Made by a program: the position numbers and the translations under genes | Assembly: GCA_964652005.1 (NCBI GenBank) | Contig: CAZYZL010000001.1 | Span: 1 to 49,494 of the forward strand | Origin: an uncultured Dehalococcoidales bacterium | Lineage (GTDB): Bacteria; Chloroflexota; Dehalococcoidia; Dehalococcoidales; BS750m-G39 | Direction: 5' to 3' | Length of the DNA: 49,494 bases | Shown: piece by piece, positions 40,470 to 49,431 of the stretch | Layout: each line of letters opens with the position of its first letter | How positions within the stretch are numbered: position 1 is the stretch's first letter | The notes under the pieces: generated by a model | Seen by the model: the letters and a program-made list of their open reading frames with translations, nothing else | What the model was told of the DNA's origin: nothing | Database searches by the model: none

Positions 40470-41344
40470 AGCTAAGTCCTCTCGAGCCTGCCATACTGAA
40501 CAAAATGAGAAGGCTCACCCGTGACCTGAAGCTGCATACCGTTTGCCAAAGTGCCCGTTGTCCCAACCAGCCAAAATGCTTTGCTGAAGGTACTGCTACC
40601 TTCATGATACTGGGTGACATTTGCACTCGCAATTGCACCTTCTGTGCAGTAAAAAAGGGAAAGCCCCAAGTCCCCGACCCCCAGGAGCCAGAGCATATTG
40701 TGGAAGCAGTCAACAAATTGGAGCTCCGCTATGTGGTTATTACCTCTGTAACTAGGGACGACCTTCCCGATGGTGGTTCCTCCCACTTTGCCCAAACCAT
40801 CAGAGCCATCCATAAGTATGACCCCAATATCAGGGTCGAAGTCCTTATCCCTGATTTCAAGGGTTCACTATCTGCGTTGCAGACAGTGATAGACGCCTTC
40901 CCGGCTGTTCTGAACCATAACATAGAGACGGTACCCCGGCTTTACCCTGAGGTTCGCCCTCAGGCGAAATATCAGCGGTCCCTCGAGCTTTTAAAGCAAG
41001 CCAAGCTCTTCAGTGGTGGACTTTTAACCAAATCAGGGCTCATGTTGGGATTAGGTGAAGCTCGGGAGGAGGTCATTGAAGTAATGGCTGATCTTAGGCA
41101 GGCTGGCTGTGGGATTCTAACGATAGGTCAGTATTTACCGCCTTCGCTAAAGCACCACCAGCTGGTCAGGTACATCCCCCCTGAAGAGTTTGAACAATAT
41201 CAAAATAGGGGAAAGGAAATGGGGTTTGTTGCTGTTATTTCTGGTCCGCTAGTGCGTAGCTCGTTTCATGCTGCTGACGTATCTCTCAGGAGCCTGGGAA
41301 ATGGAGTGGATGTCAAAAAAGTGGGTGGTGTAACATTGGGATGA
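40436..41344 (+). CDS. lipA: Lipoyl synthase (radical SAM)
   Basis: RPEWLK, CPNQPKCF, and CTRNCTFCAV (CxxxCxxC). The gene overlaps the lipB 3' end by 34 nt if the tracked ATG is used. Confidence 0.9.
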   Translation: MVGYTRRPEWLKLSPLEPAILNKMRRLTRDLKLHTVCQSARCPNQPKCFAEGTATFMILGDICTRNCTFCAVKKGKPQVPDPQEPEHIVEAVNKLELRYVVITSVTRDDLPDGGSSHFAQTIRAIHKYDPNIRVEVLIPDFKGSLSALQTVIDAFPAVLNHNIETVPRLYPEVRPQAKYQRSLELLKQAKLFSGGLLTKSGLMLGLGEAREEVIEVMADLRQAGCGILTIGQYLPPSLKHHQLVRYIPPEEFEQYQNRGKEMGFVAVISGPLVRSSFHAADVSLRSLGNGVDVKKVGGVTLG

Positions 41345-41413
41345 CATTTCTCCGGGGCAACCATCGATTTGTCCGAAAACGACTGAACCATTACAATCGG
41401 TCTTAATAAGTCT

Positions 41414-42970
41414 CTAAACCAGTTCCCTAATAACATCTATAATTGTTCCATCCCTATACTCTTGGACCGCTATGATTTTATCCTTAAACTCCGGCCTTCT
41501 AGGCACTCCACAATATTTATAGGCCATATTTTTTAGTTCTTCAATTTCAAGGATTCGCAGTTTAGCCCCTTTCAAATTCTCTAATAAATCTTCTCTTTTG
41601 GGGTTAACTGCAATGCCTCTTTCGGTAACTAAAGCATCAACGGTTTCTCCTGGCGTGGTTACAGTCAATACTTCATCCACAACAATTGGAATCCTATCTC
41701 TCATAATCGGTGCTACTACTATAGATAGTTTGCTTCCAGCAGCGGAGTCGCTGTGACCTCCTGAACCGCCTATGATAGTCCCATCTGATGCAGTGGTTAC
41801 ATTCACATTAAAATTTACATCTATCTCTGTAGCACCAAGTACGGAAACGGTTAACATATCAGTTGCACAACCTTTTGTGTGTGGATTTGCATACATTGAA
41901 GCTCCTATCTCCACATGATTTGGGTTATTTTTCAACGATTCAACACTTTTTAAATCAAAATCTTGGACATCTAACAAAACTTTTAACAGACCCTTGTCTA
42001 ATAAATCAATAAAATAACTAGTTATCCCTCCTAAGCCAAAACTGCCCGTTAATTTTTTACATACCATTATTTCCCCGAGATACTGTGCGGTTGCTAATGA
42101 AATCCCGCCAGCACCAGTTTGGAAAGAAAAACCAGTCTGCAACAATCCGGAAGCCTCAATAACTTTGGCAGCGCGATACGCAATTTCGGTGCCTACAAGG
42201 CCTGGCACACTTTTTGTAGTTCCCGATACAATGCCAGTTGCATCTCCGATTTTGTCTACTTCTACAACGTAATCAACATGAGTTTGATCAATGCTAATAT
42301 ATGAGAGTGGATAGCTAACTAGATTATCGGTTATTGCTACCACATAGTCTGCATATTCTGCATCAGGAAAGCTATATCCTAAGGAGCCACACGCTGATCG
42401 GCCATCGACACCGTTGATATTTCCGTAGATATCCGCCGTTGGGGAAGCAATAAAGGCTACATCAATATGTGTATCTCCAGACTCTATCCTTCTCGCTCGT
42501 CCTCCATGCGTTAATAATTTTATTGGCTCATTCAACCTAATGGTTCCTTCCTTGAGACCCTGGCATAACCTTTTTCCTAGCCCACTAGAAATGTAATCCG
42601 CCTCAATACTTGTAATCACTCCGTTCTTAATATGTTGAAGTAGCAGTTCATGAATATCAAACAATGCTGAATGCATCAGTTTTAATTCTTTTATCCCAAG
42701 TTTACTTATTTCATCAACAACCATATTTGTAACATAATCACCATTTCGAAGATGGTGGTGGAATGATATAGTCATCCCGTCTTTTAACTCAACCTTAAGT
42801 ATAGCCTCTTTGATGCTGCTTAGGACTTTCTCTCGCCCAAGTTTAACGCGGTATGAAGGATGAGTTTTACATCCGCTCCTTTCAATATGTTTTAAAGCAC
42901 CCTTAAATGGGGGCACCTTCTTGTAGCCTTCAATGGCATCGGGGATTTCTCTACCAACCGAATTAATCAT
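41414..42970 (-). CDS. citF: Citrate lyase alpha subunit / citrate CoA-transferase homologue
   Basis: Recognised by recalled similarity to E. coli CitF: DGMTISFHHHLRNGD, CGSLGYS, QTGAGGISLA, NPNHVEI and SGGHSDSAAGSKLSIVVAP. Confidence 0.85.
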   Translation of the reverse strand: MINSVGREIPDAIEGYKKVPPFKGALKHIERSGCKTHPSYRVKLGREKVLSSIKEAILKVELKDGMTISFHHHLRNGDYVTNMVVDEISKLGIKELKLMHSALFDIHELLLQHIKNGVITSIEADYISSGLGKRLCQGLKEGTIRLNEPIKLLTHGGRARRIESGDTHIDVAFIASPTADIYGNINGVDGRSACGSLGYSFPDAEYADYVVAITDNLVSYPLSYISIDQTHVDYVVEVDKIGDATGIVSGTTKSVPGLVGTEIAYRAAKVIEASGLLQTGFSFQTGAGGISLATAQYLGEIMVCKKLTGSFGLGGITSYFIDLLDKGLLKVLLDVQDFDLKSVESLKNNPNHVEIGASMYANPHTKGCATDMLTVSVLGATEIDVNFNVNVTTASDGTIIGGSGGHSDSAAGSKLSIVVAPIMRDRIPIVVDEVLTVTTPGETVDALVTERGIAVNPKREDLLENLKGAKLRILEIEELKNMAYKYCGVPRRPEFKDKIIAVQEYRDGTIIDVIRELV

Positions 42971-42971
42971 T

Positions 42972-43844
42972 TTACTCTTCCTCCCCCATCCCCAGTCTGG
43001 CTTTTTTCAGAATTAGTTTTGCCCTGGTGACCACCGGTTTATCTATCATCCGGCCATTCTCCAAAACAACTCCTTTTCCCTCTTTTTTGCCCTCCGTGAA
43101 AGCCTTAACTACTCTTAGTGAATATTCTATCTCCTCTTGAGACGGACTGAATACTTCATTAATCACATCAATTTGCGACGGATGTATTGCAGCTTTTCCA
43201 GTAAATCCTAGCTGTTTAGCAACAGCGGCGTCCTTTCTCAGTCCTGCGAGGTTTTTGATATCTGTGAATGGGGTATCTATGACCTCGACTCCTGCTATAT
43301 GAGCTGCGATAGTCAATTTTGAACGTGAATACCATAATTCGCTACCTTCAGGTGTTCGAGCAATCCCCATATCTGCAGTGAAATCTTCAGCCCCCCAAAA
43401 AACTGCTATTATCCTCTCTGATGACTTTAATATTTGATTGATATACTCAACTCCAAAAGCGGTTTCAACAAGGGGAGCAATCGGTACTTGATAATTCAAT
43501 TTATATTCACTTTCAATTCTCTCCAGCTTCTCATTGACTATTGACATATTTGATAGATCTACTTTAGGAATGACTAATGGGTAATCGCCCAATGGTACTA
43601 TCTCCTTTATATCCTCATCAAAATAAGCTGTGGAAGGATTATTTACTCTTATTAAGATATTCTTCTCCCTAATAAAATCAAGGCTTTTGAAAGCCTCTCT
43701 CAATAAAATTCTTGCAGAATCCTTCTCTTCTAGTGGAATAGTATCTTCCAAATCAAAAACAATTGAATCTGAATGAAGAACCACGGCACTATTTATCATA
43801 GATGGTATATTTGCCGGCATAAATATCGCTGATCTGCCTATCAT
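42972..43844 (-). CDS. citE: Citrate lyase beta subunit / citryl-CoA lyase (HpcH/HpaI-CitE family)
   Basis: RSAIFMPANIPSMI...DSIVFDLEDT... and GFTGKAAIHPSQI. It is translationally coupled to citD and citF. Confidence 0.8.
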   Translation of the reverse strand: MIGRSAIFMPANIPSMINSAVVLHSDSIVFDLEDTIPLEEKDSARILLREAFKSLDFIREKNILIRVNNPSTAYFDEDIKEIVPLGDYPLVIPKVDLSNMSIVNEKLERIESEYKLNYQVPIAPLVETAFGVEYINQILKSSERIIAVFWGAEDFTADMGIARTPEGSELWYSRSKLTIAAHIAGVEVIDTPFTDIKNLAGLRKDAAVAKQLGFTGKAAIHPSQIDVINEVFSPSQEEIEYSLRVVKAFTEGKKEGKGVVLENGRMIDKPVVTRAKLILKKARLGMGEEE

Positions 43845-44149
43845 TTGCCTCCCCTTGAAGTTCTAAGAATTGCAGTTTCCAATCTTGCATTCAATACATA
43901 ATCCAGTGCTCCCCGATCATTAATCTCAATGTATATATCTGATACCCCTAATTCTTGTAGCTTCTTCCTTACTACCTTTGATATTTCATCTTTGTATAAT
44001 GATTCTACTCTGCTTTGCAATGTTGTACGCACGCCTTCACCCTTATGCAGTGGTTTGACTCGTATAAATACATCTCCTTCATTGGTAGTTCCGGCTGTTG
44101 CCTCTATTTCGCCGGCTGAATTTATGAATTTTACGTCACCGGTATTCAT
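43841..44149 (-). CDS. citD: Citrate lyase gamma subunit (acyl carrier protein)-like
   Basis: ATAGTTNEGDVFIRVKPL and NDRGALDYVLNARLETAIL align by eye to CitD AGTLESGDVMIRIAPL and DDKGALDCILRARLEALL. I set the start at MNTGDV (ATG at 44149), which has a G-rich SD. Confidence 0.7.
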   Translation of the reverse strand: MNTGDVKFINSAGEIEATAGTTNEGDVFIRVKPLHKGEGVRTTLQSRVESLYKDEISKVVRKKLQELGVSDIYIEINDRGALDYVLNARLETAILRTSRGGK

Positions 44150-44300
44150 CTTTCCCCCAATCAAAACCCAGGGTTCAAGGACGAGGAGCACCTCAGTGTC
44201 AGTAGCAGCTTAGTCAGCTCTTTAGATACTCTTTTCTAGGTGATGCTCTTTGGCAAGTCAATAACCACTATCTTTGAACCACCCGGTTGATTAGGTTGTA

Positions 44301-44507
44301 TCACATCGTGCTCATAGTAGTCAACACCTCCTTTCTTCGGTGTGGAGACAGCCGCTCGCGGTAACTCATCCCTTCAATCACAATCTGGTAGCTGGCGTTG
44401 GTCAAGCTGCCCAGGGCAAGGAGGAACAATTGACTTTGGTCAAGGCCGAGGTGTAAAATCAGCCCTGAGGTGAACAAAAGTAGCCGAAAGGGGGTGATAG
44501 CTTTCAA
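44301..44507 (-). pseudogene. Probable IS21-family IstB C-terminal relic
   Basis: LLLFTSGL...LGSLTNASYQIVIEGMSYRER resembles the IstB C-terminus (..IITSNL...LDRLTHH.HI.E..GESYR.K). No Walker motifs and no istA are present. Confidence 0.35.
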
Positions 44508-44708
44508 GGGATAACGACTAAGGCGCCGGAGATAATTGATGGTCGGTGATTAGCCTTCGGCAGAGAAGGTTTTTAGACAGCCTGAGTAGTCTGCATTTTA
44601 ACTGGCAGTGGCTTGAAGGACGTAGCAGCCCTTAAAAACCACTACCTGCCAGAGAAAGAGCCTGAAAGATAAGGCTATCTAAAAATAAATGAAACAGGGG
44701 AGGTGAAT

Positions 44709-46121
44709 ATGGCAAGAGAAAAACCTTTTATCCACCCCTATATCCCGAATTCAGTCCCCGAGGTAACCGAGGAGATGCTTAAAGAGGTGGGGGTGACAGA
44801 CATAGAAACTCTCTATGAAGAAATCCCAGAAAAACTAAGGCTTAGACGAAAACTGAACTTGCCAGAGCCTCTTTTATCCGAGTACGAGCTTAAGAAATAC
44901 GTGAAGAGCATCCTGTTAAAAAACAAGACCTGTGAGGAAAACCTTAACTTTCTCGGTGGTGGTTGCTGGCAACACTATGTACCGGCGGTCTGTGACGAGA
45001 TTAACCAGCGCTCAGAATTTCTGACAGCTTATACAGGTTCACCTTATGCCAACCTGGGAAAATTTCAGGCATGGTTCGAGTTTCAGAGCCAGATGGGTGA
45101 ACTGGTGGGTATGGAGGTGGTAAGTGTTCCTACTTATAGCTGGGGAGCTGCTGCCGGTAACGCAATTCGTATGGCTTCAAGAATAACGGGCAGGAATGAG
45201 GTATTAATACCCAGAACAATTGACCAGGCAAGGCTGTCAACAATAAAGAATTTCTGCCAGCAGCAAGATACGGCAGGTCATATAGATATTAAGCAAGTTG
45301 GATATAACCCTGAGACAGGCCTGCTGAATATCACCGAATTAGAGAGCAAAATATCATCAAAAACAGCCGCTGTTTATATTGAAAACCCCTCATTTCTCGG
45401 ATTTATTGAGCCTCAAGGCGCTAAAATCTCTGAGATGGCACATGCCAGGGGGGCACTAAGTATCGTAGGGGTTGACCCAATATCCTTAGGCGTCCTGGCT
45501 CCACCAGCCGAGTACGGAGCCGATATAGTAGTTGGTACTGCGCAATCTCTGGGAATACATATGAACTGCGGTGGCGGTTCTATCGGGTTCATCGCTACCA
45601 GAGATGAAGAAAAATATGTCGCCGAACACCCCTCACTTCTGATAAGCATCACCGACACCGTAGAAGAGGGGGAATACGGGTTCTACTTGTGTAAGTCAGA
45701 AAGAACTTCGTATGACTTAAGAGACAAAGGCAAAGATTGGGTCGGAACGGCTGTAGGCCTGTGGGCTATCACCGCTGCGGTTTATATGGCGCTGATGGGT
45801 CCCAAAGGTTTCAAGGAAATAGGGCAGACTATCATACAGAAATCTCATTATGCCATTAAACTGCTATCTGAGGTAAAAGGCGTTAAAGCCCTGTTTCAAC
45901 AGAATGTTTTTAAGGAATTTGTGGTCAACTTTGACGCCATCGGCAAAAGCGTCAGTGATATAAATAAAGCCCTTCTCAAATACAATATTTTCGGCGGGTA
46001 TGATATTTCAAAGGAATTTCCAGAACTGGGCAACAGTGCCCTATACTGTGTAACCGAAATCCACAGCCAGGAAGATATCCAAAAGCTTGCCAATGCCTTA
46101 AGGGAGGTTCTAGCCGGATGA
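44709..46121 (+). CDS. Divergent GcvPA-like protein (P-protein subunit-1 paralogue)
   Basis: HPYIPNSVPEVTEEMLKEVGV, FLGGGCWQHYVP and RSEFLTAYTGSPYANLGKFQ align to GcvPA, but the YTPYQ.E.SQG motif is changed. The start is set at the ATG at 44709, with GGGGAGG 5 nt upstream. Confidence 0.8.
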   Translation: MAREKPFIHPYIPNSVPEVTEEMLKEVGVTDIETLYEEIPEKLRLRRKLNLPEPLLSEYELKKYVKSILLKNKTCEENLNFLGGGCWQHYVPAVCDEINQRSEFLTAYTGSPYANLGKFQAWFEFQSQMGELVGMEVVSVPTYSWGAAAGNAIRMASRITGRNEVLIPRTIDQARLSTIKNFCQQQDTAGHIDIKQVGYNPETGLLNITELESKISSKTAAVYIENPSFLGFIEPQGAKISEMAHARGALSIVGVDPISLGVLAPPAEYGADIVVGTAQSLGIHMNCGGGSIGFIATRDEEKYVAEHPSLLISITDTVEEGEYGFYLCKSERTSYDLRDKGKDWVGTAVGLWAITAAVYMALMGPKGFKEIGQTIIQKSHYAIKLLSEVKGVKALFQQNVFKEFVVNFDAIGKSVSDINKALLKYNIFGGYDISKEFPELGNSALYCVTEIHSQEDIQKLANALREVLAG

Positions 46122-47674
46122 AAAAGAATGTAAAGTTGCGAAAGTTTCATGCTCCCGTTTGGAGCGAGCCGGTTATTATGGAAATGGGCAATAAAGGTGA
46201 AAGAGGCATCATAATGCCTGAAGTCGAAGAGGAGATACAGGCGGCCATAGGTGATGCCGAGTCCTATATCCCGGAAGAAATGAGGAGGAAAGAAGAGCCG
46301 GCGCTTCCGGAGATATCACAACCACAGCTTTTAAGGCATTATGAGCACCTTTCCGAGCAGACGGTCGGCATGGAGGAAAATATTGACATCAGCCAGGGCA
46401 CCTGTACCATGAAGTACAGCCCCAAGGTAAATGAAATGCTGGCCAGAATGCCCCAGATGACAGAAATACACCCTTATCAGGATGAGGATACCATCCAGGG
46501 CTGTCTGGAGATAATGTACCAGCTTGACCTTTTCCTGAGAGAAATCTCCGGGCTGGATAAATTTACCTTTCAGCCTTGCGGCGGCTCTCAGGCTGCCTAC
46601 ACCAATGTCTGCATCATAGCAGCCTACCATGCTTCCAGAGGGGAGCTTGCCCAGCGAAATGAAATGATCACCACAATCTTCTCACACCCCTGTAACGCCG
46701 CTACGGCAAACACGGCCGGCTTTAAGGTTATTACCCTGATGCCGGAAGAAAACGGTCGCCCCAGCCTTGAAGCCCTGAAAGCTGTTTGTTCAGAGCATAC
46801 CGCCGGTCTAATGATAACCAACCCGGAGGACACAGGCATATATAACCCGCAAATAAGAGAGTTTGTTGATACTGTTCACACAGCGGGGGGACTCTGCTGC
46901 TACGACCAAGCTAATGCCAACGGTATACTGGGCATAACCAGAGCCAAGGAAGCTGGCTTTGATGGCTGTTTCTTTAACCTGCACAAGACATTCTCCTCTC
47001 CTCACGGGTCTATGGGGCCGGGTTGTGGAGCTTATGGGTGTACCGAAGAGCTGGCAAAATTCCTGCCTTACCCTGTGGTGACTTTTGATGGCACAAAATA
47101 TCATCTGGAATATGGCCGCCCGGACAGCATCGGCAAGGCCAGTGAATTTATAGGCAACATTCCATCTGTTCTTAAGGCTTACGGCTGGATAATGAGCATG
47201 GGGGCAGAAGGTTTGCTCAAGGTTGCTCAGATATCCACCCTGAATAACCATTACCTTGACAAGATGCTTATGCAGATACCGGGTATAGTAAAATACTACG
47301 ACACCGGCAAGCGCAGAATTGAGCAGGTTAGATACAGCTGGGAGAAAATGGAAAAGGAAACCGGTTGCGGCACTGAAGATGTGCGGAGAAGAATGGTAGA
47401 TTATGGCCTTCAGCAATATTTTACCAGCCATCACCCGTGGGTAGTTCCAGAACCGTTCACCCCTGAGCCCTGTGAAACATACTCCAAAGAAGACTGTGAA
47501 TACTGGGCTGCAGTAATGGCCCAGATATCTAAAGAAGCCTATACAGACCGGAAAATTCTCAAAAAGGCTCCCCATAACTCTACCATACACAAGCTAAATT
47601 ATGAGACATTTGATGACCCGCAGAAATGGGCAATGACCTGGCGGGCATTCCTCAGAAAAAAAGGAGGGAAATAA
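46118..47674 (+). CDS. Divergent GcvPB-like protein (P-protein subunit-2 paralogue), PLP lysine retained
   Basis: GTCTMKYSPK and NLHKTFSSPHGSMGPGCG. The protein is 518 aa. The ATGA overlaps the upstream stop. Confidence 0.8.
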   Translation: MKKNVKLRKFHAPVWSEPVIMEMGNKGERGIIMPEVEEEIQAAIGDAESYIPEEMRRKEEPALPEISQPQLLRHYEHLSEQTVGMEENIDISQGTCTMKYSPKVNEMLARMPQMTEIHPYQDEDTIQGCLEIMYQLDLFLREISGLDKFTFQPCGGSQAAYTNVCIIAAYHASRGELAQRNEMITTIFSHPCNAATANTAGFKVITLMPEENGRPSLEALKAVCSEHTAGLMITNPEDTGIYNPQIREFVDTVHTAGGLCCYDQANANGILGITRAKEAGFDGCFFNLHKTFSSPHGSMGPGCGAYGCTEELAKFLPYPVVTFDGTKYHLEYGRPDSIGKASEFIGNIPSVLKAYGWIMSMGAEGLLKVAQISTLNNHYLDKMLMQIPGIVKYYDTGKRRIEQVRYSWEKMEKETGCGTEDVRRRMVDYGLQQYFTSHHPWVVPEPFTPEPCETYSKEDCEYWAAVMAQISKEAYTDRKILKKAPHNSTIHKLNYETFDDPQKWAMTWRAFLRKKGGK

Positions 47675-47675
47675 G

Positions 47676-48473
47676 ATGGGAAAGCTGGAAGGTAAGGTAG
47701 CCATCATAACAGGGGCTGCCAGAGGTAATGGTGAAGGAGCAGCCAGGGTTATGGCAAAAGAAGGCGCCACCACGGTATTAACCGACATTCTGGACCAGGT
47801 TCACGAAACTGCCAAAAGCATCTGTGAAGACGGCTATAAGGCTGTTTCTTTCAAGATGGATGTTACCAAGCCAGCCGAGATTAAGGATGTAGTTAAGAAG
47901 GTGTTAGCACAGCTTGGCAAAATAGATATCCTGGTTAACAATGCCGGCATAGTGCGTGGTTTCCGCCTCGTTGATATGCCGGACGAAGAAAGAGACAGAC
48001 AGTTTGACGTTAATATCAAAGGAGCCTTTAACTGTGCCAAGGCAGTGCTGCCAGGCATGATAGAGCAGAGATACGGCAAAATAATAAATGTATCTTCGGT
48101 TACAGGGCCTATGGTTGCTGATATTGGACACTGCGCTTATGCAGCAACCAAAGCCGCCCTCTGGGGTTTTACCCGGGCACTGGCTCTTGAGGTTGCTGAA
48201 TATGGTATAAATGTAAACGCTATCTGCCCTGGTTACATTTTGACCCCATGGATAAAAATTAGCGCCAGCAAAAGAAACCCAGCCAACCCTGATGCCGTTC
48301 TTAACCAGTGGGCAAAACATATACCGATGGGTAGGCTGGGAACAATAGAAGAGTTTGGTCAACTGGTAGCATTCCTGGCATCTGACGAATCAAAATACAT
48401 AACCGGCACGCCTGTTATTATTGACGGGGGAAACACCATACCGGAGTCAGGTATAGGCTATCAGGAAGCATAG
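47676..48473 (+). CDS. Short-chain dehydrogenase/reductase (classical SDR)
   Basis: TGAARGNG, NNAG, and the S...YAATK catalytic triad context. Confidence 0.85.
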   Translation: MGKLEGKVAIITGAARGNGEGAARVMAKEGATTVLTDILDQVHETAKSICEDGYKAVSFKMDVTKPAEIKDVVKKVLAQLGKIDILVNNAGIVRGFRLVDMPDEERDRQFDVNIKGAFNCAKAVLPGMIEQRYGKIINVSSVTGPMVADIGHCAYAATKAALWGFTRALALEVAEYGINVNAICPGYILTPWIKISASKRNPANPDAVLNQWAKHIPMGRLGTIEEFGQLVAFLASDESKYITGTPVIIDGGNTIPESGIGYQEA

Positions 48474-48512
48474 GTTACCTGTAAAGGCAGAGAACGGAAA
48501 GGAGACATTAAA

Positions 48513-49289
48513 ATGGGTAGATTAGACGGCAAGGTTGCCCTGATAACCGGCGCTGCTATGGGCATAGGAGAGGCCAGTGCCAGGCTCTTTGCCAAAGAAG
48601 GGGCTAAGGTTGCAGTTGCCGACATCAATGAAGCTAAAGGTAAAGAGGTAGTTGAAGATATCAGGAAGGGTGGTGGGGAAGCCATCTTTGTCAAGCTGGA
48701 TGTCAGCAAGGAGAGTGATTGGACAGCAGGAGTTAACAAGGTTGTTAAAACATATGGCAAGTTAAATGTACTGGTTAATAATGCCGGAATCATAGTGTGT
48801 GTGCCGTTTGAAGAGACCACCCTGGAGCAGTGGAACCGAATAATGGAGGTTAACGCAACCGGTGTCTTCTTGGGGGTTAAGTATGGCATTAAAGCCATGA
48901 AAGATAACGGCGAGCTGTGTTCAATCATAAACAGGTCATCGACTGCTGCCAAGGTAGCAGGTAAAAACATAGCGGCATACGGCGCCTCCAAGGGTGCTGT
49001 CTCAACTCTAACCAAACAGGCAGCAATTGCCTGCTGCGAAGCAGGGTACAAGATTAGAGTTAACTCCGTGCTACCCTGCGAGGTTCGCACACCGATGGCA
49101 GAGCAAGAAGCTAGGGAATTCGGAATGTCAGTTAAGGATTACCTGGAACTGAGAAGAAAGGGGCTCCCCATCGGTCGTATCGGTGAACCGATTGATATTG
49201 CTTACATGGACCTGTATCTGGCATCTGATGAATCCAGCTGGGTTACCGGCTCCGAATTTGTCATAGATGGGGGTGTGCTGGCGCGCTAG
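48513..49289 (+). CDS. Short-chain dehydrogenase/reductase (classical SDR)
   Basis: TGAAMGIG, NNAG, and YGASK. Confidence 0.85.
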   Translation: MGRLDGKVALITGAAMGIGEASARLFAKEGAKVAVADINEAKGKEVVEDIRKGGGEAIFVKLDVSKESDWTAGVNKVVKTYGKLNVLVNNAGIIVCVPFEETTLEQWNRIMEVNATGVFLGVKYGIKAMKDNGELCSIINRSSTAAKVAGKNIAAYGASKGAVSTLTKQAAIACCEAGYKIRVNSVLPCEVRTPMAEQEAREFGMSVKDYLELRRKGLPIGRIGEPIDIAYMDLYLASDESSWVTGSEFVIDGGVLAR

Positions 49290-49344
49290 CAATATTTACC
49301 GCGAACTCTGGCAGTAAGCTCAGCAGTTTTATATGAGGAACCTG

Positions 49345-49385
49345 CCTACACCCCTCTGTTATAAGAAGGGGGTAGGTGGGTTTTG
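49345..49385 (+). terminator. Possible intrinsic terminator after the second SDR gene
   Basis: CCTACACCCCT ... AGGGGGTAGG forms an imperfect stem with one bulge, followed by TGGGTTTT. Confidence 0.4.
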
Positions 49386-49431
49386 ACATTCTTTGATAAA
49401 AGGCAAGACTAAGCAAGCAGAGAGAGCTAAT

